Of a stretch of DNA of 64,000 nucleotides, positions 40,941-51,909 are shown piece by piece. Made by a program: the position numbers and the translations under genes. The first letter of the stretch is position 1, and each line of letters starts with the position of its first letter. Source of the stretch: Gammaproteobacteria bacterium (lineage in GTDB: Bacteria; Pseudomonadota; Gammaproteobacteria; SZUA-229); assembly GCA_029882215.1 (NCBI GenBank), contig JAOULC010000004.1:61701-125700 (forward strand), read 5' to 3'. Below the pieces are notes generated by a model. That model was not told the DNA's origin. It made no database searches and worked only from the letters and a program-made list of their open reading frames with translations.

Positions 40941-43900
40941 TGGGAAAAGCGTTAACGTATTTTTTTTCTGGAAACCTGCGTCGTCGATTGTTGTTTAGTG
41001 TAGCCGCAATACACGCTGTGATGATGAGTGTTTTTATCTGGGATCTGACAGAGCGCCAGCAGGATATGATCCTCAGCCAGCAGACCCGGTTAGCGACGGC
41101 CCTGGCGCAAAGTGTTGCAACTTCTACCGCTATTTGGTTGCAGGCACGCGACGTTGCCGGACTACAGGAAATTATAGAATCCCAAAAACGATATCCAGAA
41201 TTGAGTTTTGGTATGGTCGTTACGGCTGATGGCGAAATTCTCGCGCATACGGATCAATCACTTCGAGGTCGTTACTTAACTGACCTGCCTGCAAGGCCAG
41301 AGCAACATCTCTTTCGTCAGGATGAGAGCCTGGTCGATGTCGCTACGCCTGCACTGGTTGCAGGACAACATGTCGGATGGGTGCGCATTGGTGTCGGCAA
41401 AGGCGTCACCCATAGCGAATTAGCCGCGCTCACGCGTGACGGCGTGTTCTATACCTTGTTTGCGATACTGGTTGGTTCGTTACTGGCCGCTTTACTGGCC
41501 CGACAAATGACACGTCGACTCAATATTATTCAGTCGACAGCAGACGCTGTGCAGGCCGGGGAGTCAGGGAGGCGCGCGAATGTAGCCGGTGATGACGAGG
41601 CAGCTATTCTTGCTCGCCAATTTAATCGCATGCTGGATACGCTGGAAGAACGCGAGCAAGAGCTGGAACAACATCGAAGCCATCTTGAGGAAACAGTCGC
41701 TGAACGTACCACAGACCTGGCAAGTAAAAATAAACTGTTCGAATCCATCAGTAGGATGCAGGCACAATTTATTCGTGAGCAGGACCCGCAGGAATTGTTC
41801 AGTTGCATCGTACAGGAGTTTGCCGCACTGACTGATAGTGAAATGGGCTTTGTCGGTGATATTCATCGCCACGAGGATGGATATAACTACCTGAAAGATT
41901 ATTCCTTCTTTAACGTACCTCAGGATGAAGCGTCGCAGCATTTTTATGAAAAACACAAAGCCACCGGCTTTATGTTCCGGCAGGATCAGCACCCCAACTT
42001 GTTTAACCAGGTCATTACGGATCGCACAGTGATTATTGCCAATGCGCCGGCGCGCGGCTCACACTCTACCGGTCTTCCTGATGGTCATCCGCCGTTACAA
42101 AATTTCCTTGGTATCCCCGTCTTTTATGGCGAACGCCTTGTGGGTGAGATCGGCCTGGCCAATCGAACAGGTGGCTACAACCGGGCTGTGGTTGATATGC
42201 TCAAACCGGTAATTGATGCCTGTGGTCGTATCATCGTCGCTCGTTGGGATCAATCGGCACGTGAGGAAGCTGAAGCGGCAGCCATCGAAGCACAGAAAAC
42301 GGCCGAGTCGGCAAATGAAGCGAAGAGCATGTTCCTGGCGAATATGAGCCATGAATTACGTACCCCACTTAATGCCATTCTTGGCATGTTGTATTTAGCG
42401 CTACGCAATGATTTGCCGGATGCGCTACGTAACCAGTTAAGTAAGGCGCGGTCATCTGCACACTCCTTATTAAGTATCATCAATGACATTCTTGATCTCT
42501 CCAAGATTGAAGCTGGCAAGCTTGAGATCGAAAAAATCGAGTTTGGTCTTGATGGTGTGTTGGAGCGCGTGACGGATATTGTCGCGGGGCAGGCGGCGGA
42601 CAAAAATATCGAGTTCCTGATTCGCTATGATAACGAGATACCGTGCACCCTGGTTGGTGACCCACTTCGACTGGGGCAGGTGTTAATCAATCTTTGTGGT
42701 AATGCGGTAAAGTTCACCGAAGTAGGCCAGGTAGAATTATCCTTTCATGCAGATGAAGTTACCGATACTACGCTCACCGCACGCATTTGTGTCATGGATA
42801 GTGGTCTTGGAATGTCCACTGATTTACAAGCACAGCTATTTGAAAAATTTGTTCAGGCAGATCAAAGTAGTACTCGTCGCTTCGGTGGCACCGGACTCGG
42901 ACTGGCAATTTCCAGGATGCTGGTGGAGATGATGGGCGGTCGTATCTGGGTTGAACATTCTGAACCCGGATCGGGAACCACGTTCTGTCTGTCCCTGCCG
43001 CTGGGTATTGCCTCTCAAGCACGGCGGAGTCATCGTGAAGATGTAGTAAAACGAGTCGGACACATGCTCAAGGGTAAGCGTGTACTGGTGGTGGACGATA
43101 ATGAAGTGTCGCTCGAAATATTAGCGGAAATGATGCGTGATTTTCAGTTTGAAGTTGATGTTGAGCCTAGCGGCGCAGCAGCACTGGCTAGAGTAGAAAT
43201 CGCTGGAGATGGTTATTATGATGTGGTGTTGACCGACTGGTCCATGCCGGGTATGAATGGCGATGAGGTCGTTCGCAAACTGCGCCGAAATGCAACGATG
43301 ACCTCGCTTCCCAAATTCATTATCGTTACCGCTTACGGGCGCGAAGACGTGCTCGAGGATGCTGAACGAGCTGGTGCGGACGGTTTTCTGGTTAAGCCCG
43401 TTTCACCTTCGGCACTGCTCGATACGACACTTGAGGTGTTGGGTCGTGAACGATTATGGGACACCACGTCAGAACCTGTTAGTTTACGAAAAACCAGTAA
43501 AGGATATAACTTTTCAGGGATGCGTTTACTGCTAGTAGAAGATAATGAAATCAACCGCGAGTTTGCAGGCATATTGTTACGCAGCGAGGATATTGAAGTC
43601 GATGAGGCAATCAATGGCCTTGAAGCCATCAGCCGTGTACAGGAAAAGACATATGATGGTGTACTGATGGACGTGCAGATGCCGGTAATGGATGGTTTAG
43701 AAGCGACACGCCAGATTCGTGCACTGGCTAACAACCCCGGACAAGAATACTTTGCCAGTTTACCTATTATCGCCATGACAGCACTCGCCATGGAGAAAGA
43801 TATCGAGAGAACCCGTGATGCAGGAATGAATGATCATGTCACTAAGCCTGTTGAGCCAGAGCAGTTAATGGCGACTCTTGCCAAATGGGTTAAACACAAA

Positions 43901-44545
43901 GAACAGAAAAGAAGTATTTCACAGACTTTTGAGCCACCAGAGGATATGAAAGCGCTAATTAATCTCGATGTAAAAGGTGGTATTCATCGCATTGGCGGTA
44001 ATGCTAATGCCTATCGGAAACAATTGAAACGCTTCAGCAAAAACTATGCTGATTGCACCACGGAATTGCAACGTTTTATTGATAAAGAAGGCACGCAGCA
44101 GGCCGAGGGTTACTGCCATGCACTTAAAGGTGTTACCGGTAATATTGGGGCAAAAAAGCTTCATGAAAAAGTAACAGAGCTTGATGATTTACTCAAACAG
44201 AATCAGATTCCAGAGAAGACAGCCTTAAATGAAATGGAGGTTTTACTACAAGCTGTACTCAGTGATATTGAAAGTTTATTAGAAACCTCAGATACCTCAA
44301 TGTCAGTCGACTGTGAGCCTCTGAAGGCGATAGAATTACATAACCTTCTGCAGAAATTACTAAATGCTCTGGAAACCGATCTGGGAGCTGTCGAAACATT
44401 AGTTATTAAGCTTCAGCACGGCCTGACTGACAGCGACCAAAAGGCCGCAATAGAAGCAATAGCGCGTCAGATTGACTGCTTTGACACAGATACCGCTATT
44501 GATTTAATTAACCAATTTCAGTCTGAATTAAACATTACAAATTAA
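40940..44545 (+). CDS. Hybrid sensor histidine kinase: TM - small periplasmic domain - TM - HAMP - GAF - HisKA - HATPase_c - REC - REC - Hpt
   Basis: 1201 aa; [16 protein letters not shown]-box; [18 protein letters not shown]; two receiver domains ([13 protein letters not shown]; [12 protein letters not shown]); C-terminal Hpt ([12 protein letters not shown]). Confidence 0.9.
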   Translation: MGKALTYFFSGNLRRRLLFSVAAIHAVMMSVFIWDLTERQQDMILSQQTRLATALAQSVATSTAIWLQARDVAGLQEIIESQKRYPELSFGMVVTADGEILAHTDQSLRGRYLTDLPARPEQHLFRQDESLVDVATPALVAGQHVGWVRIGVGKGVTHSELAALTRDGVFYTLFAILVGSLLAALLARQMTRRLNIIQSTADAVQAGESGRRANVAGDDEAAILARQFNRMLDTLEEREQELEQHRSHLEETVAERTTDLASKNKLFESISRMQAQFIREQDPQELFSCIVQEFAALTDSEMGFVGDIHRHEDGYNYLKDYSFFNVPQDEASQHFYEKHKATGFMFRQDQHPNLFNQVITDRTVIIANAPARGSHSTGLPDGHPPLQNFLGIPVFYGERLVGEIGLANRTGGYNRAVVDMLKPVIDACGRIIVARWDQSAREEAEAAAIEAQKTAESANEAKSMFLANMSHELRTPLNAILGMLYLALRNDLPDALRNQLSKARSSAHSLLSIINDILDLSKIEAGKLEIEKIEFGLDGVLERVTDIVAGQAADKNIEFLIRYDNEIPCTLVGDPLRLGQVLINLCGNAVKFTEVGQVELSFHADEVTDTTLTARICVMDSGLGMSTDLQAQLFEKFVQADQSSTRRFGGTGLGLAISRMLVEMMGGRIWVEHSEPGSGTTFCLSLPLGIASQARRSHREDVVKRVGHMLKGKRVLVVDDNEVSLEILAEMMRDFQFEVDVEPSGAAALARVEIAGDGYYDVVLTDWSMPGMNGDEVVRKLRRNATMTSLPKFIIVTAYGREDVLEDAERAGADGFLVKPVSPSALLDTTLEVLGRERLWDTTSEPVSLRKTSKGYNFSGMRLLLVEDNEINREFAGILLRSEDIEVDEAINGLEAISRVQEKTYDGVLMDVQMPVMDGLEATRQIRALANNPGQEYFASLPIIAMTALAMEKDIERTRDAGMNDHVTKPVEPEQLMATLAKWVKHKEQKRSISQTFEPPEDMKALINLDVKGGIHRIGGNANAYRKQLKRFSKNYADCTTELQRFIDKEGTQQAEGYCHALKGVTGNIGAKKLHEKVTELDDLLKQNQIPEKTALNEMEVLLQAVLSDIESLLETSDTSMSVDCEPLKAIELHNLLQKLLNALETDLGAVETLVIKLQHGLTDSDQKAAIEAIARQIDCFDTDTAIDLINQFQSELNITN

Positions 44546-44553
44546 GGTTTTTT

Positions 44554-47406
44554 ATGTCCGAGTTTACTCAGTATAGGCCCAATGTTCTTATTGTTGACGA
44601 TGTGCCGGAAAATCTACATACGTTGATGAATGTGTTGCGCGATAAATATGTCATCACGGCAGCCACTAGTGGTACGAAGGCGTTGGAAATCGCACGACGC
44701 GTACCACATCCGGACTTAATTCTGCTGGATATAAAAATGCCTGATATGGATGGATATACTGTACTGGATCATCTAAGGAGTGATCCATCTACATCCGAAA
44801 TCCCGGTTGTATTTATCACTTCAATGGGCGACAACGACGACATCGGGCGCGGGCTACGATTGGGTGTTGTCGATTATATCGTTAAACCGGTGGACCCTGA
44901 AATGTTACTTCTCAGGGTGCGCACCCAGCTTGAATTACAGAGTGCACAGAAACAGCCTAGCTCACGCGGCCTGTTCAAAAATTTTGATTCTGGTGAAAAG
45001 CCTACATTATTACTTGTCGATGATGTACCTGAAAACTTGCATGAATTAGTAGAGGCCTTAAAAGCTGATTACCAGATTCGGGTGGCTTCCAATGGTGCTA
45101 AAGCGCTGGAACTGGTTCAAGGAAATACACCACCGGATTTAATATTACTCGATGTAGTTATGCCTGGTATGGATGGTTATGAAGTATGTCGTCGTGTTAA
45201 AGAAACGCCGATGGGATATTCCATTCCGATTATCTTTGTAACGGTAGCCGATGAAGTTGAACAAAAAGTAAGTGGATTTCGTATAGGAGCTGCTGATTAC
45301 ATTACAAAGCCCTACGATATCGATGAAGTTCGTGCGCGTGTTCGAACTCATCTTGAACTGGCCCGACTGCGTTTTTTTCTGGAGAGTCTGGTTGCACAAC
45401 GCACGGAGCAGTTGCGTAGTAGCGAAGAAAAGTACCGTACTATTGCAGAGTTCACTTATGACTGGGAATACTGGATTTCCCCAACGGGTAAACTACGCCA
45501 TGTCTCACCTTCCTGTGAGCGGGTCACTGGCTATAAAGCACAGGAATTCATCGAAGATAATGACCTGATGTTAAAAATTGTACATCCAGATGATCAAAGC
45601 ACTATGCAAACATGTTTTAGCAAAATAGAACCGGGTAATGTGCTAGCTACAGGGGTCGAGTTCCGTGTCATCACTAAATCCAAAGAGCTCCGCTGGTTAG
45701 AAAATAGATCTCAGCCTGTCGACAATGCAGAAGGTGCTTTTTTGGGACTTCGTGGCAGTGTTCGTGATATTACAGAACGCAAGCTCTCAGAAATTGCGCT
45801 GCGTGAAAGCGAGAATCGTTTGCATGACATCACAGAAAATGTCGACGCCTATATTTTCCTCAAAGATCTCGACGGTAAATACCAGTTTGCGAATCGGGCA
45901 CTGCGTGATTTGTGGGGCGCCGAATCATCTGAGATCATCGGTTATGGAGACGAAAAGTTTTTCGACTCAGATACTGTTGCTCAGATACAGCAAGTCGATC
46001 AAGATGTATTAGAACAAGGTGTAACCTTACGTTTTGAAGAGACAAACCGCTTTTCCAAAAATGGAAAAGAAGCTACATTTCTTACTACGAAGATGCCTCT
46101 ACGACACGAAGATGGCAGTATCTACGCGCTATGCGGCCTTGCTACTGATATCTCCGAGCGTAAGCGCCTGGAAGAAGAGCTGGAAGAGCGTGTCAAACAG
46201 CGCACGGCTGAGCTTCAACAGGCTAATGCCGATCTTAGCAGAGCACGCGATGCTGCTGAAGCGGCGACACAAGCAAAAAGTGCATTCCTGGCCAATATGA
46301 GTCATGAAATTCGTACGCCTCTTACTGCAATTACTGGCACAGCCTATTTAATTCGTCGTTCTGGTGTTAACCCGAGGCAGGAGGAGCAACTGGATGTGAT
46401 TGACAGTGCCAGTCAGCATCTGTTGGAGACAATCAATTCTGTCCTGGATATTTCAAAGATTGAAGCAGGTAAACTGGAAATTGACAAGAAACAGGTCGAT
46501 ATTGAAATCATTATAAACAATGTAGTATCTATTCTTTCAGCGTCGGCTGATAAAAAAGGACTTAAGTTATATGTTGAGCCTGTTCCAGAAAATCTACAGC
46601 TCATTGGTGATGTAACCAGACTACAGCAGGCGTTGATGAATTTTGTAAGTAATGCCGTGAAGTTCACGGCATCAGGTACTGTCACTGTGCGTACCATTCT
46701 CGAGAAGGATGCAGAATCTGATGTATTATTGTGCTTTGAGGTTGAAGATACAGGAATCGGTATAGCTGCTGATGTTGCTGAGCGTTTGTTCAATTCTTTC
46801 GAGCAGGCGGATAACTCCATGACTCGTAAATTTGGTGGAACAGGTCTTGGTCTTGCAATAACAAGAAAGCTTGCTAAATTAATGGGGGGGGATGCGGGTG
46901 TTATTAGTACACTTGATGTAGGCAGCACATTCTGGTTTACAGCTAAGCTCAAAAAAGGAGAGTTCATTGTTGATGATTCGGATAATGAAAAGATTAAATC
47001 TGCTGATGTGATTCTGGAACGTGATTATCGCGGTGTTCGTATTTTATTAGCAGACGATGAACCCATGAATCGTTCGCTTATACAGGACATTTTGTCCGGG
47101 AGTGAGCCCGTTTTTGATATGGCAGAAAACGGTGCTATTGCAATTGAACTGGTGCGAAATAATCAATATGATCTGATTTTTATGGACATGCAGATGCCGG
47201 AAATTAATGGATTAGAAGCAACTGAGATCATTCGCTCGCTGCCAAACGGTGCTAATACACCTATCATTGCGTTGACCGGAAACGCTTTTTCAGAAGACAG
47301 ATCACGTTGTTATGATGCCGGTATGAATGATTTTCTTACCAAACCGTTTAATATTCCTCAGTTGTTTGAAATAACATTAAAATGGCTATTAACTTCAGGA
47401 AAGTGA
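44554..47406 (+). CDS. Hybrid histidine kinase/response regulator: REC - REC - PAS - PAS - HisKA - HATPase_c - REC
   Basis: 950 aa; two N-terminal receivers ([13 protein letters not shown]; [13 protein letters not shown]), PAS repeats, H-box [33 protein letters not shown]-terminal receiver ([13 protein letters not shown]). Confidence 0.9.
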   Translation: MSEFTQYRPNVLIVDDVPENLHTLMNVLRDKYVITAATSGTKALEIARRVPHPDLILLDIKMPDMDGYTVLDHLRSDPSTSEIPVVFITSMGDNDDIGRGLRLGVVDYIVKPVDPEMLLLRVRTQLELQSAQKQPSSRGLFKNFDSGEKPTLLLVDDVPENLHELVEALKADYQIRVASNGAKALELVQGNTPPDLILLDVVMPGMDGYEVCRRVKETPMGYSIPIIFVTVADEVEQKVSGFRIGAADYITKPYDIDEVRARVRTHLELARLRFFLESLVAQRTEQLRSSEEKYRTIAEFTYDWEYWISPTGKLRHVSPSCERVTGYKAQEFIEDNDLMLKIVHPDDQSTMQTCFSKIEPGNVLATGVEFRVITKSKELRWLENRSQPVDNAEGAFLGLRGSVRDITERKLSEIALRESENRLHDITENVDAYIFLKDLDGKYQFANRALRDLWGAESSEIIGYGDEKFFDSDTVAQIQQVDQDVLEQGVTLRFEETNRFSKNGKEATFLTTKMPLRHEDGSIYALCGLATDISERKRLEEELEERVKQRTAELQQANADLSRARDAAEAATQAKSAFLANMSHEIRTPLTAITGTAYLIRRSGVNPRQEEQLDVIDSASQHLLETINSVLDISKIEAGKLEIDKKQVDIEIIINNVVSILSASADKKGLKLYVEPVPENLQLIGDVTRLQQALMNFVSNAVKFTASGTVTVRTILEKDAESDVLLCFEVEDTGIGIAADVAERLFNSFEQADNSMTRKFGGTGLGLAITRKLAKLMGGDAGVISTLDVGSTFWFTAKLKKGEFIVDDSDNEKIKSADVILERDYRGVRILLADDEPMNRSLIQDILSGSEPVFDMAENGAIAIELVRNNQYDLIFMDMQMPEINGLEATEIIRSLPNGANTPIIALTGNAFSEDRSRCYDAGMNDFLTKPFNIPQLFEITLKWLLTSGK

Positions 47407-47649
47407 TAGCGAATCGAAACACATTATTAAGAAGATGCGTTAAAAGAAAGTTTAAATAACTAAATAGAGATTTATTTTATTTGTGTTTAAGATTGCATTT
47501 TTCTCAATACAATCTCACATTATATAATATCTTTTAATGTGAGAGATTGAGTAGTCTTTGATTCTACTTCTACGTATTAAATTTTAATAATATTTTTGGT
47601 AATTCCCTGTATGAAGTTACCGTTTTAAGTGACACTCTAAATTAGAGTT

Positions 47650-47990
47650 TTCGCCTTTTTTGTGGACAGCCAGATACTCACAAGAAGCCGGGGCATTCAG
47701 CGAGTCATGCGGGGTTTCTTCTTTGTATTCTCTGATCCGGTTTTCGTTAGCTCTCTGACTTCATTCAGGATTTTAAATACATAACTGTTCGGAATATCAT
47801 CACAGTATGTTCGGTTAAAGCGCTGAGCAAAAATCAAACAGGACACACTGAACCTCCCCCCCCGGTTTAACGGACACTTTTAATCAGAGACTAAAGTCTC
47901 TGTGTTAGGGCACATTTTTTGGGTGACGTTTCTTATGTGAGTAAGAAAGGTCACTCGCTGTTGCCCGGCTACCGATGTCTTTGACATAGG
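47650..47990 (-). mobile_element. Possible degraded transposase/IS remnant (two short ORF fragments) in AT-rich spacer
   Basis: Minus-strand fragments MSKTSVAGQQRVTFLTHIRNVTQKMCPNTETLVSD* and ...NRIREYKEETPHDSLNAPASCEYLAV...; the latter resembles the conserved C-terminal end of DDE (rve) transposases (…Y.YNEERPHS.LGY.TP.EY); no intact IRs seen. Confidence 0.3.
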
Positions 47991-48111
47991 ATTCTCCCAA
48001 AAAATCTACTGAGATAAAACTAAAGATATCAGGACATTAAATATTACTTCATTCACCTTGTTTTTGTAGATCCCCCGTAACAACAAAATCACTCTATAAT
48101 TGTCACTTAAC

Positions 48112-50079
48112 CTAACTCAAGCGCTGCTGATCCGTCAGCCAGTAAAAATGATACGGTGGTATCACCAGCTGATCTTTAAATAATGCCGGTTTATCACCGG
48201 ACACCAGGTCACTGATATGGCCGTGTGATAACACCGCTTTTATATAAGGATTATTCAGATCAAGGTATTGCGGGTTTGCATCAAAGTTAACCACCACTAA
48301 TACCCCGCCTGCCGAACGGGTCAGGTTAAAGCGCGAATAAACAAACAGGTGTGGGTTATCCACGTGGATTAATTCACGGTTGTTAAAATCTGCAAACGCA
48401 GGTATGCCCTTTCGTACCGCGATCATTTTTTTAATGGCATTAAATATATGGTGTTGCGTCGTGCCGGACTGATGCCTGAGCTCTGCTTTATCCCAGTCGA
48501 AATCCGGGCGGTGAGCCCAGCGGGTATCATGAGCTTTGTTTTCATCATTTAGAAAGTTACAATCGTTTAGCGTTCCCAGTTCATCTCCGTAATACAGCAA
48601 GGGGATTCCGCCGAATGACAGGATCAGACTGTGCAGCAACAGTATATGCTGCATAGCATTATTTATTCGGTCTGGGTTTTCTGATTCCAGCGCTGTTTCC
48701 AGACCAACCAGAGATGCCAGCGAGCCTGAAATGCGTGCATCACCGGTTTTAAGATTATGGCCAAAAGGAAAACCTCTGGCATCCGAGTCACTGAAATTAC
48801 CGGTGTAGTAGTCGATGAGAAATTTGCGGTGATTGACCGGTTCATAGTTCACTGCGCGAATATCGGTATCATCAAAACCCAGTCCAATATCATCGTGGCA
48901 GCGCACATAGTTTAACCAGGTTGCCCGCTCCAGTTTATCCGGCAGACTTCTCAGCCCCTGATAAAGTAGTCTGGCATTTTTGGTGGCCACAGCATCCCAC
49001 AGCAGAGCCATTAAGGTGGCATTGTAGGCTATTTCACATTCCTTAGCATTGATCGCGTCTTCACCAAAATATTTAATGATTTCCACCGGTGCCACAATGG
49101 CTTCTGCAATAAACAGCACACCCGGTGCTGTAACCTGACAGCAGTCTTTCATTAACTGTAATATCAGGTGAGCTTCACGTTCATTCTGGCAGGCACTGCC
49201 GATTTTTTTCCATAAGAACGCCACGGCATCCAGGCGGATAATATCTGCGCCCTGATTAGCCCAGAACAAAATAATGTCGAGCATTTCAATGAATACGGCC
49301 GGATTACTGTAATTAAGATCCCACTGGTAATCATTAAATACCGTCATCACCCATTTATTCATTTCTGCATCCCAGGTGAAATTACCGGGAGCTGTTTCCG
49401 GGAATATTTCCGGCATGGTCTCTTCAAACATGTCGGGGATTTCACGATTATCAAACAGGTAGTAATAATCCTGGTATTTTTTTTCACCAAGGCGCGCACG
49501 CTTTGCCCAGTCATGCTCATTGGATGTGTGGTTAACCACAACATCCATGGTCAGTAAAATATCACGCTTCTTCAGTGACTCACTCAGTTCGTGTAAATCA
49601 TCATTCGTGCCGATGCGCTCATCTACCCGGCGGAAATCACTGATTGCATAGCCACCGTCACTTTTACCTTCAGGGCACTGAAGTATGGGCATGATATGAA
49701 TCATATTCACACCCAGCTCCTGAAAATAAGAAAGCCTTTCGTTAAGCCCTGATAAGTTATTTGCAAAACCGTCTGTATATAAGGCCATGCCTACCCATTT
49801 CTGGCTGAGAAACCAGTTATGGTCTTTTTCACGCTCTATGTCCTTTGTTTTAAGTTTTTTAGAGCGCTCCATATACTGCTTGGCCATGGTTTCAACCAGG
49901 CGCAGGGCTTGTTCTTCAAAATCATCACGATCGCCATATAACAGATGAAACAAAGAATAAATGGCGTAGAAGTTTGCACCGAGACGGGTATAAAAATGCC
50001 GTAATTCATGTTTCTTTATTTCCGGCTTTAACTTGATCAGTATTTCATTAAGTAAAGAATGTGAGACCTGTTCGTACAT
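48112..50079 (-). CDS. ams: Amylosucrase (GH13 sucrose glucosyltransferase)
   Basis: 655 aa; colinear with Neisseria amylosucrase (PYFQELG, CPEGKSDGGYA, NHTSNEHDWA, WDLNYSNP, IRLDAVAFLWK, GDELGTLND). Confidence 0.85.
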   Translation of the reverse strand: MYEQVSHSLLNEILIKLKPEIKKHELRHFYTRLGANFYAIYSLFHLLYGDRDDFEEQALRLVETMAKQYMERSKKLKTKDIEREKDHNWFLSQKWVGMALYTDGFANNLSGLNERLSYFQELGVNMIHIMPILQCPEGKSDGGYAISDFRRVDERIGTNDDLHELSESLKKRDILLTMDVVVNHTSNEHDWAKRARLGEKKYQDYYYLFDNREIPDMFEETMPEIFPETAPGNFTWDAEMNKWVMTVFNDYQWDLNYSNPAVFIEMLDIILFWANQGADIIRLDAVAFLWKKIGSACQNEREAHLILQLMKDCCQVTAPGVLFIAEAIVAPVEIIKYFGEDAINAKECEIAYNATLMALLWDAVATKNARLLYQGLRSLPDKLERATWLNYVRCHDDIGLGFDDTDIRAVNYEPVNHRKFLIDYYTGNFSDSDARGFPFGHNLKTGDARISGSLASLVGLETALESENPDRINNAMQHILLLHSLILSFGGIPLLYYGDELGTLNDCNFLNDENKAHDTRWAHRPDFDWDKAELRHQSGTTQHHIFNAIKKMIAVRKGIPAFADFNNRELIHVDNPHLFVYSRFNLTRSAGGVLVVVNFDANPQYLDLNNPYIKAVLSHGHISDLVSGDKPALFKDQLVIPPYHFYWLTDQQRLS

Positions 50080-50146
50080 TGTAATTTACATCGTAATTAT
50101 ATTGGTGCTTGCAGACAGATTAAATAAACTGACTCACCACCAACTA

Positions 50147-51028
50147 TTACAAGCTCCAGTTTTCAATAAAAGGGGTGTAAAAATTTTTATCCAGTGTAGT
50201 TGCTCCATGCAACCCGACCACAGCACTGGCGAATTGCTGAGCCCGTTTTATTGTATCGTTTAATGACCAGTCGTTATGCAAGCCTAATAATAGTACGCTG
50301 CTAAATGCATCACCGGCGCCAACGGTATCAATAACATTAATCGTTTTTTCCGGCTGAACCGATAGCAGATCATTTTCACTGATAACAACTGCACCGGCAG
50401 AACCTTTTGTTACGATTATCAAATTAAGGGCATACTGTGATAATAAAAAGCGCGCTCTGGATTCGCTGTCTTTTTCATCGGGAACCAGCTGCAACAGTTC
50501 TTCATCATTTATTTTTAACCAGTTCGCCCCCTTTATAACAGCGTTTATCAGCGACAAGTTCCACCATGGCGGGCGCAGATTAACATCAACAAAAACAGAC
50601 TCGGAACACCTGTTTTTTACCTCAGCAAGGCAGTTTGCCGAAACCGCTTTTCTCAATGCCAGCGAGCCATGATACAACATACTGTAATCATCAATCTCCA
50701 GTAGCTGACGTGAATTAATAAAATCCCAGGCACTGTTTTCAATAATATTGTAAGCAGGATTACCCTGATCAAAATTAACCGTCACCACCCCGGTTGGATG
50801 AACGGTATCAACCTGCAAGCCATCCGTATCCATACCCCAGTTGAGCATGGCTGATTGTATCTCAGCCCCCATTGCATCATCTCCAATGCGCGAGATCAGT
50901 AATGGGTTTAAGCCAAATGCCTGAGTGTGCCAGGCAACATTAAACGGGGCGCCGCCTAATACACGTGAATCATCAGGAAAACAGTCAAATAAAACCTCAC
51001 CAAAGATAACCAGCCGTGAATCACTCAT
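50147..51028 (-). CDS. Fructokinase (PfkB-family carbohydrate kinase)
   Basis: 293 aa; N-terminal GG motif, C-terminal DTVGAGDAF anion-hole motif; 4-nt overlap with upstream spp. Confidence 0.85.
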   Translation of the reverse strand: MSDSRLVIFGEVLFDCFPDDSRVLGGAPFNVAWHTQAFGLNPLLISRIGDDAMGAEIQSAMLNWGMDTDGLQVDTVHPTGVVTVNFDQGNPAYNIIENSAWDFINSRQLLEIDDYSMLYHGSLALRKAVSANCLAEVKNRCSESVFVDVNLRPPWWNLSLINAVIKGANWLKINDEELLQLVPDEKDSESRARFLLSQYALNLIIVTKGSAGAVVISENDLLSVQPEKTINVIDTVGAGDAFSSVLLLGLHNDWSLNDTIKRAQQFASAVVGLHGATTLDKNFYTPFIENWSL

Positions 51029-51909
51029 GCAGCACCCTGTAACCAGTCTTTAAAATGTGGCAGATAGTGAATAACACCTTCCACTATACCGGCGCTGTAA
51101 TTTCCATTCATATCCATGAAGTTTCCCTGTGCAAGATACAGCTGCCCTTGCAGATTATTTGCCTGTGCTGCCTTTAATACTTGCTGACGAACTTCAGTGT
51201 CAGCATTAGCAACCAGCACCGACTGTACAGGGCTGCTCAGCACGCAGACATCATTACCACTGTCACCGGCGAACACAGTTTCTGTGTATTCGTAATCAAG
51301 TTTTTTCATTAAATATTCAATCGCCTGACGTTTACCCGCACTGGCCGGCAGAATATCGAGCAGCCCGGTGTTAATTAACTCATCAATACTCCAGATAATA
51401 TTAGCTGCAATACCCTGTTGCTGCAGGCGCAGATTTATTTTTTTTATAACTGACTGATGATCTGTATTTAATGCCACGTAGTAACTGAACTTATGAATAT
51501 TTTGTTTACTGGCCTCCTGAAGCTTTATCTCACTAATATCAAGTAGACTGTCGTGTAGTTCAGCTGCAGTTTGCTGCTGCCAGTCGTCACTTATCTTTTT
51601 CTCCCAGTCTGTCATTGACTGCCAGCCAGTACTGTTAAGCTGATAGATTGATGAACCCACATCCGCAATCACAAAATCTGCCTGTGGCAGGTCATACTCC
51701 TCTATCGCCTGCTCGACCAGTTGCCGATGGCGTCCTGTCACATAGGCCAGTATGATATCGGGATGTGCCGTCAGTTTTTTAAAATATTCTCTGGCATGAT
51801 CCGATTCTGGCTGAGGCCCGTTAGGTATTAATGTGCGGTCAAGGTCTGTACACAGTAATAAACGCGTCGCTTTTGTTGCTTCATTATTTTCGGCTAACGG
51901 TTTATTCAT
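51025..51909 (-). CDS. spp: Sucrose-phosphate phosphatase (HAD-IIB)
   Basis: HAD motif I LLCTDLDRTLI, motif IV GDSGNDV; start assigned to MNKPLAEN (ORF-track ATG 51939 would overlap sps by 37 nt). Confidence 0.75.
   Translation of the reverse strand: MNKPLAENNEATKATRLLLCTDLDRTLIPNGPQPESDHAREYFKKLTAHPDIILAYVTGRHRQLVEQAIEEYDLPQADFVIADVGSSIYQLNSTGWQSMTDWEKKISDDWQQQTAAELHDSLLDISEIKLQEASKQNIHKFSYYVALNTDHQSVIKKINLRLQQQGIAANIIWSIDELINTGLLDILPASAGKRQAIEYLMKKLDYEYTETVFAGDSGNDVCVLSSPVQSVLVANADTEVRQQVLKAAQANNLQGQLYLAQGNFMDMNGNYSAGIVEGVIHYLPHFKDWLQGAA

Noticed and set aside
41564-43791. Several 80-150-aa minus-strand ORFs inside hybrid kinase 1
   Set aside because: Antisense to a gene with clear HisKA/HATPase/REC/Hpt motifs; Ser/Arg-rich products typical of GC-richer shadow frames.
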